Assembly (NCBI GenBank): GCA_051294905.1
Contig: CM119371.1
Coordinates: 41,294,001 to 41,358,000 of the forward strand
Direction: 5' to 3'
DNA: 64,000 nt
DNA from: Botryllus schlosseri
Taxonomy: Eukaryota
The notes under the pieces were generated by a model that did not search any database, was not told the DNA's origin, and saw only the letters and a list, made by a program, of their open reading frames with translations. Position numbers and translations under genes: made by a program. Below are positions 1 to 13,415 of the stretch, piece by piece. The stretch's first letter is position 1, and the number at the start of each line of letters is the position of its first letter.

Positions 1-226
1 CAAAGGGAATGGTTTGATTACTTCGATTTCCTATAATAGCCTGCATGGCTTGTTCGGAAACGAGAAAACCTTCCTATGGCTTTATATCATGCAGTGTAGA
101 GAGATCTCATATGTCTGAGCGTTAAATGTATAAACCTGCTGTCGATATAAGTACTATGCCATAAAATAATATATTAGCAGCTACGAGTTTATTGGAAGTC
201 GATTCACGGCTGTAGATAAACTAACG

Positions 227-3200
227 ATGTGGATGTACAAGCACTACGTCGCGGCGGTACTAACATTGCCTTTGCTGGGCGCATTCGGTGAGTGGATTCA
301 ATTAGAATATTCAACTATTTATAGTGGATTATGCAAATTATACGCTGCAAATGCCTTGGGGAAGGCGGTAAATATGTGTATTTACCAGACTTTGAGATAC
401 CTATCTAGTCGCGAAAGAGACGATTTCGCAAATAGAGTAGGAGACGGCCAGCTTACGGATACGAAATTTATATGGTACGTCGCATTGTCCGAATTTAGGC
501 ATAAATGTGGCAGACATCCGTACCTAGTATTTCTAGCAAATTCATGTAAACTATGAAGATATATATAGTCTTGAATCTTGATAATCTACACCAGAGCTCT
601 TCCGTCGTGTGCACGGGCATGGGGCACCCTGAGGGTGCATCAAAATGTCCTGGATAACCATTAACCACCAGTTCAATCAAAGTACACAAGGGTGCAACAA
701 GAATTTGTCGAGGATGTGGGACATACGGCCAGATACCTCAATCCTGAATTTGGGGCCAGGGGCAACGATCAACGATTCGTAAATAGATGATGCCCCGCCA
801 AACGGCATGGTTTTCGGTATTATTATTATTATTATTATTATTATTAAAACAAGCCAATCGGGGCACAGAACTTCAGAAAAACGCGAAACAATAACTTATT
901 ATTGTTAATGTATTCGCTAAAAGCTTTTCGACTGGCTCCCATCACTAATAGGGTGAATCAAATTCGAAATGTAAGAACTGTTTTGTCCGTATGACGTAAT
1001 AACAACAATAACAAACAACTAGTAGACAGGTTAGATACGCTAGTAACGATACAAACTAACGTTAACGAGCACATATTCGGCTATAAATAACCGAAAACAA
1101 CAACACAGAACGTGAATGAAATATTCCGAGAGTGTAAATGCGTTCCTGGCTTTCGCAGCTTTATGATCGTATAATCCAGGGCCTTCAAATGAAAAAGATA
1201 ACGGCCACGAGCAACTGTCGAAAATTGACTGTCATTGTACTGATTAGCACATTCTGGATGGGATAAGAGATGCTGTCCCATAGCCGAATTACAAGCAATG
1301 ACTTGATCATAATCACGCAGTGTATGTAAACAGTAGGGATATCTAGATATCCCTGGTAAACAGACTGCGATGATGGAGTTGGAGAATTATTAGTTATTCT
1401 AATTTGCCGTGGGACATGCTGGTGAATTCATTGGTGCAAGCGTGGAAACGTGCGACCTACATACCGACTATCACATCGGCACGTGTATTCATAGATTATG
1501 TGGCGTTGATTTGTCGCGGGTAGCACATCCTTTTGCGTTACAGGCATCAGAGATTTCGTCGCGAAGATTATCTGCGGTTCTACTTGAGAAAAACAATGCC
1601 TTTGACGCTACTACTAAGACAAACCACCAGAGAATCCTGTGCACCAGAGTTCTTATCTAATTAACTTTGCGTTTTACTGGGCAAAAAGAATCCCACAAGA
1701 TTTATTGCCCACTGAACGTAGGCTTACGGTAAACCGACGTACCAAAATTAGCACCGGTCTTTTCAACAAAAACATCAAGGAATGCTAATAAATTGTTAAC
1801 CTCACTTTTCAATGTGAATTTCCGTGACGGGTGAAGACCAATCACCGCTTGCAGCAAAGGATTCGCCAACATTTCCCACGGCAAATAAGAATAACTAATG
1901 TTTCTCCAACTCCATTATCGCAGTCTGTTGGCACATTGCGTGGTTATGATCAAGTTACTGCTTGTAACTCGGTTATTGGTCAGCATCTCTTATCCCATCC
2001 AGAATGTGCTAACTGCTAATCATAACAATGACAGTCAATTTTCTTAAGTTGCTCGTGGCCGTTCTCTTGTTCATTTAAAGGTCCTGGCGCAAGGGTGGCC
2101 AACCTTTTCGGCCAAAGGGCCACACGCAATTGACGAATCATAGCGCGGGCCACTGATGACTTTCAAAGTTTGTAGTTCAATAATATTACGAGTATAATGC
2201 GGGTCTGCGGCATATCGCTGAGCTAAGTTTGCAAGGACAGGACTATTCGGCGCCTGGCCAATGGACATATCGACATCGAAAGCTTCGACCACGATGTGTC
2301 AATAATTTTGTGCCTAGGTTTCATCGTCGACGGTCTTTCTGCGAGCGCATACGCAAGGTCGCATGTTGGACGGCACGCATTCTCGCAATTGCGAAGATAG
2401 TTAGACTCAATTTGGTACATTGCGCGTCCATTTCATTTTCAGGAGGGGGTAAAAATACCGAAAGCAAAAAATCGAGTGACAAAATATTGCACGAAGCATG
2501 AAGAGAAGTTTTACTTCAGATAAATCTACCGCAAAATATTCTACTTTATAGTAATGTACTAAGATCTACCAAAAATGTAACTGTCCCGTGGATCTGCCAA
2601 TGCGCCGGAACTGATATACTAGTCATCAACATCCCAAGAGTTGTGGACAGACTAATCAAATTTTTGGTTGGCCTTACAAGTTCATAATATGGGCAATCCA
2701 TTTTTGATGATATAACTAATTTCGAAAATTTCCTCGCGGACCACTCAAAACTTTCTCGCGAGTCACGGGTTGGCGGCCCCTGTCCTGGAGTCTACGATCA
2801 TAAAGCTGCGAAAGCCGATTCTCTGTCGCCAGAAGGAATGCCTTTACAATCTTGGAATATTTCAATAATGTTCTTTGTTGTATTTTTCGGTAGGAACGAT
2901 ACAAAACAAACGTTATCGAGTATCTATCGAGTTCATTTAGTTACTGGTTGATTTGAATTTCCTGATGACCGTGGCGCACAAGGCCATAAATGGCGAAAAG
3001 CACCACTCATATTTGTAATAATATTAATAATAATAATAGTATCGTTCCTACCGTATCTTGCCTGTCTACCAGTCATTTGTTATCGCTTTTATTACGTCAT
3101 ACAGACAAAATAGTTCCTACATTTCGATTTTGATTCACCGTTTTACTGACGTTCGCTGCTGATAAGAGTCAGTCGAAAAGCTTTTAGCATATAAATTAAC

Positions 3201-5552
3201 AATATGAAGTTATTGTTTCGCGTCATTATTATTATTACGTTTATGCCATGAGTGAAATTTTCCTATTCTGCGTGCTAGCGCCAAATCACCTTAGGTCAGG
3301 CCTGGGCAAAGTGCGGCCCACGGGCCAAATGCGGCCCGTGAAGCTATTCTGTGTGGCCCGCAAAAGGTTGCTATTCAAAATATAAAACTTACTTTTTAAT
3401 TTTGCTGCGTAGACCAAAACCATAGGATGTAATAAACTGAACCGCAAATTTGTTTACTAGCAAGCCTGTTCATTAACATGGCGTGATTACGCAGCCTATA
3501 CGTAGCCTACCTCGCATGTGTAATCCAGATTCGAAATAAAGTCATAATGCAGCAAATTGTGCCATTACAATCAAGGTCACAAGAAGTCACCAAACCTTCT
3601 CTATTGCCATTGCCACATTACGCATTACACCGTCTGTGTTTCAAATTGTTACGTGATGCGTTTCCGCATCCCTAATTCGTAAAACAATTCAATCAGTGCT
3701 CGTGATTTCTATGAGTCATTATCACCCATAAGGATGTCAAAATAAGAAAGCGGAAATTTGAAATTCAAAGAAAGTTCGGATGAATGAATATTTGTTTACT
3801 GGAGTCAGGGGTAAACCAGTCCTTTTAGTAGTTAGTGGCGCGCAGGTCGCCGTGTTTAACGAGTATAAAATAAGTCGGTTCTATGATAAAAACACAAAGA
3901 CATCCATATACTCGGTCAAGAGATGGCAAATTTTGGAAGAATTGCAAGCTTGGCTCAACAACAAGGCCAATTCACCCAGCTGTACACTGCTCGGAATCCA
4001 GCGACTAAGACAATAAGATATATAGTATTCTAAGGGCAGTAACTGCCGCACCCCAAACCCCCCAAATTGGGCTCGGGTGAGCTCGAAGGGGACTCAAAAT
4101 TATTTCGTGAATGAATATAAATTATAGAGTATTTTTTTTAATTTATGCGACGTCTTTCAAATTTTTCTCGCCCTACGCGCGATTTAGCGATCAATGGGTT
4201 ATAGAATTGGGCATTTCGGCGTCAGCCATTGCCTCGCCACGACGCGCCAAGACATATGAAGTTTTGCAGAAAAGGACTGCCCTTATATTGACCGAAACCA
4301 CGATGTCCAATTGTCCATAGATAACATTTGGCAGTAAAGAAATACCAATTTGAAATCGTATGGGTCTTTTAATTTATGACGCTTTGGCGATACCAAAAAA
4401 AATCGCTCAAAAGTATTGTTAAAAACGTGCATCCCGATGGGGGTTTGGTCAGGGGCAACTTTGGTTTATAACTCGACAGGGGGCCCAAAACCAACGTTTT
4501 TTTAAGGTGGACTGACGAAGTGCTGTTCGACCATCCCACATACATTTTGATGTATTGGTAGAAAAACGTGGATAGGGGATTAAAGAAAGTTCAAAACGTA
4601 TCCTGATTAACATTATTGTTTTGAAATATGACGGCGAATAAATATTTTATTGGTAATTAACCGTCCTCATTCCCCAATATCAACACATCCACTGAGCACC
4701 ATTTAGTGTAATTCACTGCTTTCAATTTGGAAATAAAATCAATACATTGGAGAATACAGGTAAAATTTCTGATTCGGCCCGCCAACGTATTTTTGGTTTC
4801 TCATTTGGCCCGCCGAGAAAAATAATTGCCCACCCCTGCTTTAGGTGATTGCTTTCAAGTAGCTATGTGGTGTAATATTACGACACAACTATCAAAGTAG
4901 GCTGGAGAGCTTTTGTTTACTCCTATCAAATGTTTATTTTCGTATCTATTACAATGCTCATTACCTTGCATAGTAAATTCAGTTTGCCCCCAGAAAGCGC
5001 CGAGGATGCTCGAGATTGTATTTCTTATTGACGGGAGCTATTCTATCCAGCCAATAGAATTCGGACTGGTCAAGGAGTGGATCCTGGAAATGGTGGATCA
5101 GTTGCAACCGGACAAGCTGGAATCGACGATGAAGCCCCGGATCGTGATAGTACAGTTTTCTAACATCGCTAGAAAAGAAGTTGACGAAAAGATACAAGAT
5201 TCCTCCTTTGAAATCAGAGATCGCGTGCAGAAGATTAAACGGCTCAACAAATGGACGAGTACAGATAAAGCACTGCAATTCATAAACCAGAACGTGCTCT
5301 CAAATACTACGTCAGGTTCCTTCAAGACCCTGATCACGGTAACTGATGTAGATACGGTAAAGAATGTCCGCAACGATTCCGCCATCGATGAAGTCAGAAG
5401 AAATTTCGACTTCATGCTAGTGATAGGAGTCGGATCATCTAGTGTTGATATGTTACCCGATCCATCGATTGCAACTGTCATTTCCATCATCAAATCATTT
5501 CGCTCCCTCGGTAATATCACAATGTCCGGAGTTAGAGAATCATATTCCAGAG
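227..5552 (+). CDS. Secreted or extracellular VWA-domain protein, 5' part: signal-peptide exon 227-287 and VWA exon 4974-5552; downstream exons not found
   Basis: Exon 1 reads MWMYKHYVAAVLTLPLLGAF then G|GTGAGT (phase 1). Exon 2 has CATAG acceptor and G|GTGAAT donor (phase 1-1) and encodes EIVFLIDGSYSI (MIDAS DxSxS), VQFS, TSTDKAL, LITVTD, VIGVG. Read-through of the donor stops at 5578. Confidence 0.8.
2090..2782. mobile_element. hAT-type non-autonomous element inserted in the Penelope remnant
   Basis: Termini CAAGGGTGGCCAACC / GGTTGGCGGCCCCTG; 8-bp TSD TCCTGGCG/TCCTGGAG; Penelope sequence resumes after it. Confidence 0.8.
3155..3188 (+). ncRNA. Degenerate minimal type-I hammerhead ribozyme motif in the Penelope terminal region
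   Basis: gctg-CTGATAA-g-agtcagt-c-GAAA-agct-TT-tagc. Stem I pairs and stem III is the palindrome AAGCTT, but core G8 is A. Confidence 0.5.
3297..4838 (+). mobile_element. hAT (Buster/Charlie/SPIN-like) deletion derivative with decayed transposase N-terminus
   Basis: TIR CAGGCCTGGGCAA / TTGCCCACCCCTG; TSD CCTTAGGT/CTTTAGGT. ORF 3780-4016 NEYLFTGVRGKPV..VAVFNEYKISRFY resembles the N-terminal zinc-finger region of GTF2IRD2/SPIN-type transposases. Confidence 0.8.
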
Positions 5553-6522
5553 GTGAATGTTATTTTTTTTTAACGTGACGGACCTTTTAGTTACAATCAT
5601 GGTTTGAACCGTACCGTGACCATTTACAGAATTGTTGAGAATCGAGCTATAGTTTTACTTTCTCAAAGGACTGTCAAGTGCGTTTTATATGCATCCTCTA
5701 CTCATCCGATTGGCTCCGATTTTGAACAGCTTCGATTATTTCAGAAGTTTTTGAAACCAAATTGCTTATTTTCAAGTCTTTGATATTTGGCTAGATTTGT
5801 ATCACCTTTGTGGGTGAAATTGCCATGGCAACTATGTCGATGTGTAACATGTGTCTTGTGCAATATGTTTGTATTAGTAGGCTATTGGAAATTAAAAATT
5901 AGTTTTCACAGTAGAATATTTCATCTCAGACGGCCATTCTGTGTATGTGAGTCCCGAAATTTGAGCAGTTGTGAAGCGAAATTGCGCCCCGCTCGGCTGA
6001 GGACCACTGGTCTAAATAGCCAACTAGAATTATCTATAGTTGTCCCGAGTGGCTCACCCTAATCGACGTACTTAAACTATTAATTTCTACTATAGTTTTG
6101 ATATGCATTGCATTTCGCAACTTCTTTGTATTTGAACATCTACAAGACGTTGACCACCCCCGGAACCATTTCGCATCATATCGATTCATGCAATCGCATT
6201 TTTTCCGCTAGACGCCGTGCCGAGTCCGATGAGATTCGTCTGCCAATTAACCTTCACATTACGATCAAGAACCCTAGTGTGCTCCACCGCTAATTAACGT
6301 TGCAACATTGCTAACATTGCGCGCATACCAAATCGTTGCGCGGAGATGCATATACTGTCGAATGTGTATCAATGATGGGTCTAATTGAATCCTCCTGCTG
6401 ATGCCGAGATACTGTACTATCGGAGGGTGCCTTTATTTTGTACATGCAAGCTAATGAAAAGCTAATGCAGCTAATTAAGCTAATAAAAACGTAAAGCTTG
6501 ATCTTGTGGGAAAGCCCTAAGC

Positions 6523-6803
6523 CAGTGGTTCTCTAACTTTTTTAGACACGCCCCCCCTTATGATACTCAAAAATCGTCATATCACAAAATGCAACCAGGA
6601 AGCTAGCAATCCCAACGGCTAGTTTGATGGCATGGAGGTTATGAATGATGATGAGAGAGTTCTATAAGATGAATTCCGGACTATACACAGAGCAATAACG
6701 ATTAATTGGAGGTAAATCGCGCGAAGCGCGAAAAAAATTTCAGTTCAGCGCAGCTCCGCCTCCATTTCTGATGCTTTCGCTCTCCCCAGTTTGAGAACCA
6801 CTG
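6523..6803. mobile_element. hAT MITE with CAGTGGTTC termini
   Basis: CAGTGGTTCTCTAAC / GTTTGAGAACCACTG; TSD CCCTAAGC/CCCTGAGC. Confidence 0.8.
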
Positions 6804-7139
6804 CCCTGAGCCGTTTTCTAAGCGTCTTGGTCTTGGCGGTGTTTGGGCCATTGCAAGTCAAGGCAACATGCTCATTCATATCAGTTGATTCTCCCTCGAC
6901 GGAATGCTGTTGCCGTCACCAGAGCCGTTTTGGCTTGTGACGAATAGTGATGTTGGGTACAAGAGAATAGCTTATTTTGAAACAACACAAAACCAGTAGA
7001 GACTGTAGTCAATTTCAACATTTCAAATTGGTTTTCTTAGCTTTTTTCTAAAATCTCAAATCAGATCGCGGGCCGCAGAACATGACTGATGGGCCGCATG
7101 TTGGTGACCCCTGGTGTAGAACGACACGCATCAGTAGCG

Positions 7140-7412
7140 ATTCTTTACTCTAACCTCCATCTCGGCCTAGAGTGCCCGATGTCACAGTACTTTTTCGATG
7201 TTGATCTCTTTGAAGCCGCGGCCCTTTCCACTAGTTTTTTTCCATTCTTTTTGAGTGCTTTCTTTCGTCGGGTCTTTTTTCAGGGCTTTTTTGTCGCCGT
7301 AAGAACGGCAACGGCAGGGGAAGAGGAGCCCAGATAAACCTCCGACGGGAATCGAACGCGGTTTGCCTGCGTGCTGGGCGCTTATCGTAACCACTACACT
7401 ATCTCCCCTGCT
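7140..7412 (-). mobile_element. tRNA-derived SINE-like fragment
   Basis: Minus strand has A-box-like GATAGTGTAGTGG and B-box GTTCGATTCCC at tRNA spacing; no clean cloverleaf; boundaries approximate. Confidence 0.45.
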
Positions 7413-8179
7413 GGATTTACCTATTTTCTGGGAGATTGAAATGTCGTGTAGCGAATGGCGACAAACTTTATTCAAATCAGTTATTAATGTTCTTATGGTT
7501 ACTAGGTTATCTTGAATCAAGTGAATCGTTGGTTGTGAAAGAAAATTTTCGAATCCCTCCATTGCATAAATTAGTATTTTTTCTGAATTTCCAGTTGGAA
7601 TCGGATTAGGATTGGACATGGACTTGAATATGAAAAAGTTATGGATTAGGATTTGGATTTGGATTTGAAGGTTCGGATTTGGATTGGATTAGGACATAGA
7701 AATTTCAAAACCGCTCATCTCTGCCAGGGTCGAAACAGCTTCCATGTTAAAATCGAAACCCTATTGTTTTAAAATGCTGATTTTATGTCAAATATTTCGC
7801 CATACATTTGCAATTTAGTATTTTGTTATTAGTGATGCAAATTAGCGACAATCGACTGTGTATAGCGGCATACGATCTGACGAGTTACTGACATCTCTTG
7901 CAGCACGTGTGCTACTATCGACTGTGTGTGGGGCAGGCCTGATACGCAGTAGGCTGGTGCGCCTGCTATCATCGCTGGTCTGAATTACCGCTTCTGCAGC
8001 AGTAGCTTTATCTACTCTCTCCCCAATACTGTTAGCCTACATTTAGGTTGATTATCGTTCGTAATGTCATGCAGTTTTTGGGCTGACACGAAATAAATTC
8101 TAATTTGCGTGGCGGGCGGCCTAACTGGGTGCGAATAGACTCAGAATCCCGTACTTGAGTTGAGCTATTACTAAAAAAC

Positions 8180-8414
8180 ACTTCTTAAAATTCCGGAGTG
8201 TCAAAATCTGAGTCAAAAAGCGATTACGATTCTTGTTCGCATGCCTCCGACATATCTTTGCGAGCAAGGATTTTCTGCCCTAGTTCAAATTAAATCGAAG
8301 AAAAGAAGTTGCATCAAGGATGTTGATATGCTTTTGAGAGGAGCACTCGACAAAAGGCTACTGCCTAACTTCGCGCAGCTGGCAGACGAAATACAGCAGC
8401 AAGGATCGCATTGA
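8180..8414 (+). pseudogene. hAT (ZBED5/Buster-like) transposase C-terminal dimerisation-domain remnant
   Basis: Translates LSQKAITILVRMPPTYLCEQGFSALVQIKSKKR...LLPNFAQLADEIQQQGSH*, the typical Buster-family C-terminus. Confidence 0.8.
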
Positions 8415-8836
8415 ATGCGAATAGCGAGAAAGCGCAGCATTGCCACCGAGCGGTCATAATGTTAAACATGTTCGACCTTAGCGGTCTTGACCGACCATTT
8501 ACTGGGGAATGTTGCTATATGAAAATCTCTACTTTTGATAAACAGTCCCTGAGTATTGTAAACCTTTGACATTCACTTAGCCTGTCATTGAAAGCCTGAT
8601 TATCACAGGGGCTATATATTTGGCATGTCTGATGTGAGGTTTGCTGCATGTTACAGTTGCAAACACAAGTGCTGTCTTCATCAATTTATTTCACAATAAA
8701 AATCTGGAGATAGCGCGAATAAAAATACGATACACAATATTACAAAATGGAAGATCGGCGCACTAATCTAATAAAAGTATTATCTCATATAATCATATCT
8801 GCGATATGCACGAAATCCGCTCACAAGCGAAGGTGA

Positions 8837-10826
8837 TTAACAGCTTCCTTTCACGTATCCTTGGTGATTCATTTCTCTAGCCAGCTGGCACATGGCGCAG
8901 GGAGTGCAACAGGTCATGACACAGCAGTCATCGCATATAGAGCCCTGGATAAAGAACAACACGACTATATTCTGCACTTATCATCCCGAAGTATCCGTGT
9001 ATCAATAAAGAATCATAAAGTGATCGGTATACGCACGCTAAGAAGATGCCTGAGCCTGATTTACGAGAAACAACTTATTCTATAGCCTAGGCCACTGCTA
9101 AAGTTGGACATCTAGAAAATGAATAACTTTCGAAATTAGAGTACAAAATAGAACTATATGGCTATATTGTTTTATTCAAGTTACCCAGCTGGGACAGAGG
9201 TGCTCAGTAACGAAGCACTTCTTCTTGTCGTAATACTTCAAGCAGTTTTTCATACTTGAAGTATTTTGCCAAGTGGCTATGATTTTCAACGACTTTCACT
9301 TCTACTTGATATAGTGTTCAGTTTTTCAGGAAAGGCTTGGCAGGGACTTGTTGCTTACGTTTAAATCGCTACCTATACATCTTTTTCATTAGAAATTGAC
9401 AAAGCTACTTCTACTCCTACTTGAATAACGACGATTACTATTTTGACCGCCTCTGTATAGAAATTAGAATTTCACGAAAACTTCGAAATCATATTAAATT
9501 ACAAATTAAAAAGAAACACAACAAAAATAAAGGTAGCTTCATATCAAATCATAGCTCTTTACGACTCTATTGTACGAGTGTACAATGTATACCTACGTAC
9601 ACCAAGTTTGGATCGTTTTGTTCTATACACTTCTCCCGTATCGTACTCAAGAAACTGAAACTTGAATTTAAATAAAATTCGATATTGGAATCATTTTAAC
9701 TATAGATTACGAATATATTACCTACATCTCGTTTGAACAAGATCAGACAATTACTTTGTTATCTAGTCTAGTAATCTAGTTTTCCAGGTCTGCTACTTTA
9801 TATATCTATATAATTTCCTGCCGTTACATCTGCCCACAATGGGTAGCTTAAATTACTTCTACTACCTCTGGCGATTTGTAACATACCTCAATTCCATGTT
9901 TGGCTCTGAAGTGTGACCTCATGGCCAGATGACCCCCGGGAACACATCCCCCACCGTAGCCACTACACCCAACGCAGCAATTCTCGCCCATTCTGTCGGC
10001 CATGCATCCGTAGTAAAGGCTTCCGATCCAAAACACGCAACAACCTAAAATAAGCAGTGGCTTCAAATTTCACTCTTGCTTACGTTTTTCATTCGATATA
10101 ATATGCGTTTCTGCTAAAAGCAGAGTTGAATAAATAGAATATTTCAGGCTTATCCGAATTAGATTATATAATTTGAATTAAAGCTACACATTTTTTAAAT
10201 TAGATTAGAATTGCAGCTACTGAATTCACAAAAACTTGGAAATAAAGTTGATATGAAATAAAAAGACCATACGTTTAGTTCATGAAATCGCGAGCTAGTT
10301 CATTTTTATAAGCATATGAGGATAACAAATGTTGTTACAGCAAGCGTGACTCGTTTCGCACTATAGTTCTCCTGTAGCATTTTCATGAAAACCAGAAATT
10401 TGATTAAAAAAAAGAAATTGAAACATAAAAACATTTCACGCATTTAAATACAGGATTGCCGAGATTCGGCTCAAGTCGAATAAGACGAGATTTATCGTAC
10501 TGTCAAGGTCTTATTCGAGGGGCACTGCCCTCTTTAACGTTTTCGTTTCATGGAGAACCGTCGTCAAATACCAAACGCTATAGTCAGAAATCAGGGACGC
10601 ATAGAATTCCGAAAACCTCTAGATATCCCTGCTAGATGTAGAGATACCCACATATTTTTATATCCGCGAAGCAGTCACACAGCTGCGTGCTCCAAAATTG
10701 TTTCGACACCTGTGGCTGATTTATAACCACTGTCGTGTTAACTGGCTGGGATAGAGACGGCTGCGTTGTCACAACTCCATATTGCTGCGTGCCGTACGGA
10801 CTTGGGTACGGAGGTGCGGATTCCAT
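8837..10826 (-). CDS. PLAC8/cornifelin-family Cys-rich protein, about 146 aa; coding exons 10826-10652, 10044-9887, 8944-8837
   Basis: VVTTQP..VVINQP..WSTQLCDCFADIKICCC..MGENCC..LAMRSHFRAKHGIE|GSICDDCCVMTCCTPCAMCQLAREM. GT-AG junctions keep frame (175+158+108 = 441 nt). An acceptor before 10844 implies an upstream exon. Confidence 0.93.
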
Positions 10827-11268
10827 CGGGGATATTTTCTTATCCTGAAAATATAACGACGTTTGCTGCAAAGCCGCGATATGCATATTTTGGTGGTGGT
10901 GTTGTGTATGATAAGTTCAGTCAACTCGGCTTAATTCGGACTGTTCGGTTCCGCTCATTTCCACGAAATACGTGGAGAAACGGCTTTGTCCGAGTTGAAC
11001 GGTAAATCAATTGTTCGCGTCATGTTCGTACGTGGAGGCACACAGCGATTTCAAACTACGGTACTAATAACTTAATTGCAACTGCACTTTACTGCAGTGT
11101 AGTTGGTAGGTATAGGTATCACATCAAACGCACATCTGTCATACCTTTAGGTTAGTTGTGCTGTACGGGAATATCAAAACCAAACCATTCTACTGTATCA
11201 GCAATCAGCATAGTGTCGTACAATGGTGTGGGCATATGCAAATATCACGGCTCCCTGTGAATGGTATA

Positions 11269-12079
11269 CGTCACACATCCCATTTGGTCAAGGGCAGTTT
11301 TAAGGTAATTTTTGTCCGGCTTGCCGAGCGCAAAAATTGATAAAAGTGGTGTCAATTGAAAGCTACCGCGGTACTAATTGCAAAAATATAATTTTATTCT
11401 GCTCGTGGTCCTGGAACCCCACAAAATCAGCTCCAAATATTGCATTGTTAGGAAGTAGGGCTGTTAAAATAAATCTTCAGATTTCAATGGCCCTTTAATA
11501 AAATTGTCAGGTTGGCGAAAACAACGCTGCACACGAACTTTGGCTCAATTCCAACCAGCGATTTTCTTGCAGTAGAAAGATTTGAATTTATCTTTAAAAA
11601 AAATTCAAAATTTTTCAGTCAACCCTATAATAAAATTTTAAAATTGTTAGGCTATCAGTAGAGATGATGCATAACAAATTTGACTTTATTCCAACAACTA
11701 GAAGCGAAGGCATTGCAGTAGAAAAATTTCCAATTCCCTGATTTTATAATAAATAATTAAAGAGTTAGCCACCGTAAATCCTATTTTATTCAAATTCAAA
11801 TGTTTCTACTTACTCCTGAGCTGCGCCGTATGATTTCAGACGGCATTGCCGTGTCACAATACCAGGCTCCGTTACAATTCAACATTCAACGCTGTTTTTT
11901 TTAGGGGGGGGGTGGAGGTTCCAGGACCATGAGTAAAACTATATTACATCAAAATTTATATTTTTTGCATCGAGTATTGCGGTAGCTCTCGACTGATACA
12001 TATTTTATCAATTTTCGCGCTCACCAAGACGGTCAAAAATTTCCGTAAAATTGTCCTTGGCCAAATGCAAAGTGCGACG
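11269..12079. mobile_element. MITE with long (about 150 bp) imperfect TIRs
   Basis: CATTTGGTCAAGGGCAGTTTT...GGTCCTGGAACC at left mirrors GGTTCCAGGACC...AAAATTGTCCTTGGCCAAATG at right; probable TA TSD. Confidence 0.65.
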
Positions 12080-13415
12080 TAAATCAATCGCATAGTACAG
12101 GCTACTTTTTGATATTGCCACCAGGAGAATTAACTGACTGCCGAACTATCAAGAGGGCGTCTTTACTTTTTCTCGTTTAATTCAGATAGCAAGTCCCGTA
12201 TTTTGCTAAACTTTTCTTGCGCCAATCTGTTATTCAAGATGGTCGTAATTGTATTCATTTAAAAGCGACTCTGAAACTGACACCGCCCTGCATGTGTTCA
12301 TTGTCGGTTGTTACTGCATGGATCGACATTACTTTACCATAATTACATATTGTACAACAACCCAGTGATAGGAATTGCGCGCCTGTGTCCGAATTAACCG
12401 GAAACTGTCCGGCATAATCGGGGTTTTTACGTGAATAGTTACTTTTGTTCCGTCCCGAAGCATCTTGACTGGATAAAGCAGTTTTCCGGGTTATCGCGTA
12501 CCCGAAATAAGCAGACTATAATAAAAAGAGTTTCTAGCGATTTTGGGGGAGTCGGCTTAGTTGTATATTCATCCCTGTCGGCGATGCAGTTCCTGGTTCT
12601 ATTCTTTCAGCAGCATAGCACATATTCCAGGTGCAAGGATATACAAAGAAATACAGGGAAATAAGAAGGAGCAGGGCCAGTCGAAGACATCAATATCGAA
12701 CTCTGTTACATCTAGCGAGGTAGATGCTAGATCACCTACGGTTATAATATTTTGAGATTCGAAAAAGAGGACACTTTCAAATAATTCCGGAAGCTCCAGT
12801 ACCGGGGGAGAAAAGTGATGATTTTGAAACATTTTCAACCGATAGTGCTGTGTTCAATAAAAAATATAACGTACATAATAACCCTAGATTAACGAGATCA
12901 TATTTGGTCGTTTCAGTATCCTCCTACCTATGTTTAGTGTTCACTGTCCGATCATTGCATTTCCTCATGGGCGGGTAAAAATAGAATAACCGCCGATTAT
13001 TATTATTATACATACTGTTTCCCAAAGCATTGTGTTATTCCTTCACTCAGGGCGTTTTGGTTTCGCGATTCAGGTTATCAATCACATACCCTATCATCAG
13101 GATGAATTCCTGCCTTTCACATTAGTTGCCTGATAAATTTGAATGAATAATGGCTATACTACTATACTTACAGCCAGACTTTGCAAAAGTAAACAGAGAA
13201 TGTAGGCAAAGGGAGTGGCCCGCTGAACCGTCGTATTCTGATTATAGATGTCTGTAATACATGTTTTGTCTATTAAACATATTTTCTTTCTGCAGTATTC
13301 GCAATTGTGACACAAAATCTGTGCTGTTATATGATTTCGACAACTAGAGCGTTACCGAGAAGCGCTTTCATGAGTTCCATAAAAGAAATAATACTATACA
13401 ATACATACGCATATG

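Larger units (their letters stand above)
820..3237. mobile_element. Decayed Penelope-like retroelement: minus-strand copy (about 820-1830) joined to an inverted plus-strand 3' copy (about 1831-3237)
   Basis: Minus strand 1702-1835 gives LHPSRKFTLKSEVNNLLAFLDVFV...TSVYRKPTFSG (PLE RT C-terminus); about 1410-1500 gives YEYTCRCDSRYVGRT (GIY-YIG). Plus strand 1831-2019 gives KTNHRLQQRIRQHFP...IGQHLLSHPEC. 880-940 is the reverse complement of 3165-3222. (ATT)n at 820-846. Confidence 0.8.

Noticed and set aside
227..556. 109-aa single-exon ORF
   Set aside because: Only the first 20 codons are supported. A strong donor follows at 288 and the paralogous copy loses frame similarity downstream.
2960..3000. 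CTGATGA...CGAAA as a second hammerhead
   Set aside because: No closing pair for stem II and no convincing stem I or stem III.
7182..7619. 145-aa minus-strand ORF
   Set aside because: Runs across a MITE end and a SINE-like head; no recognisable domain.
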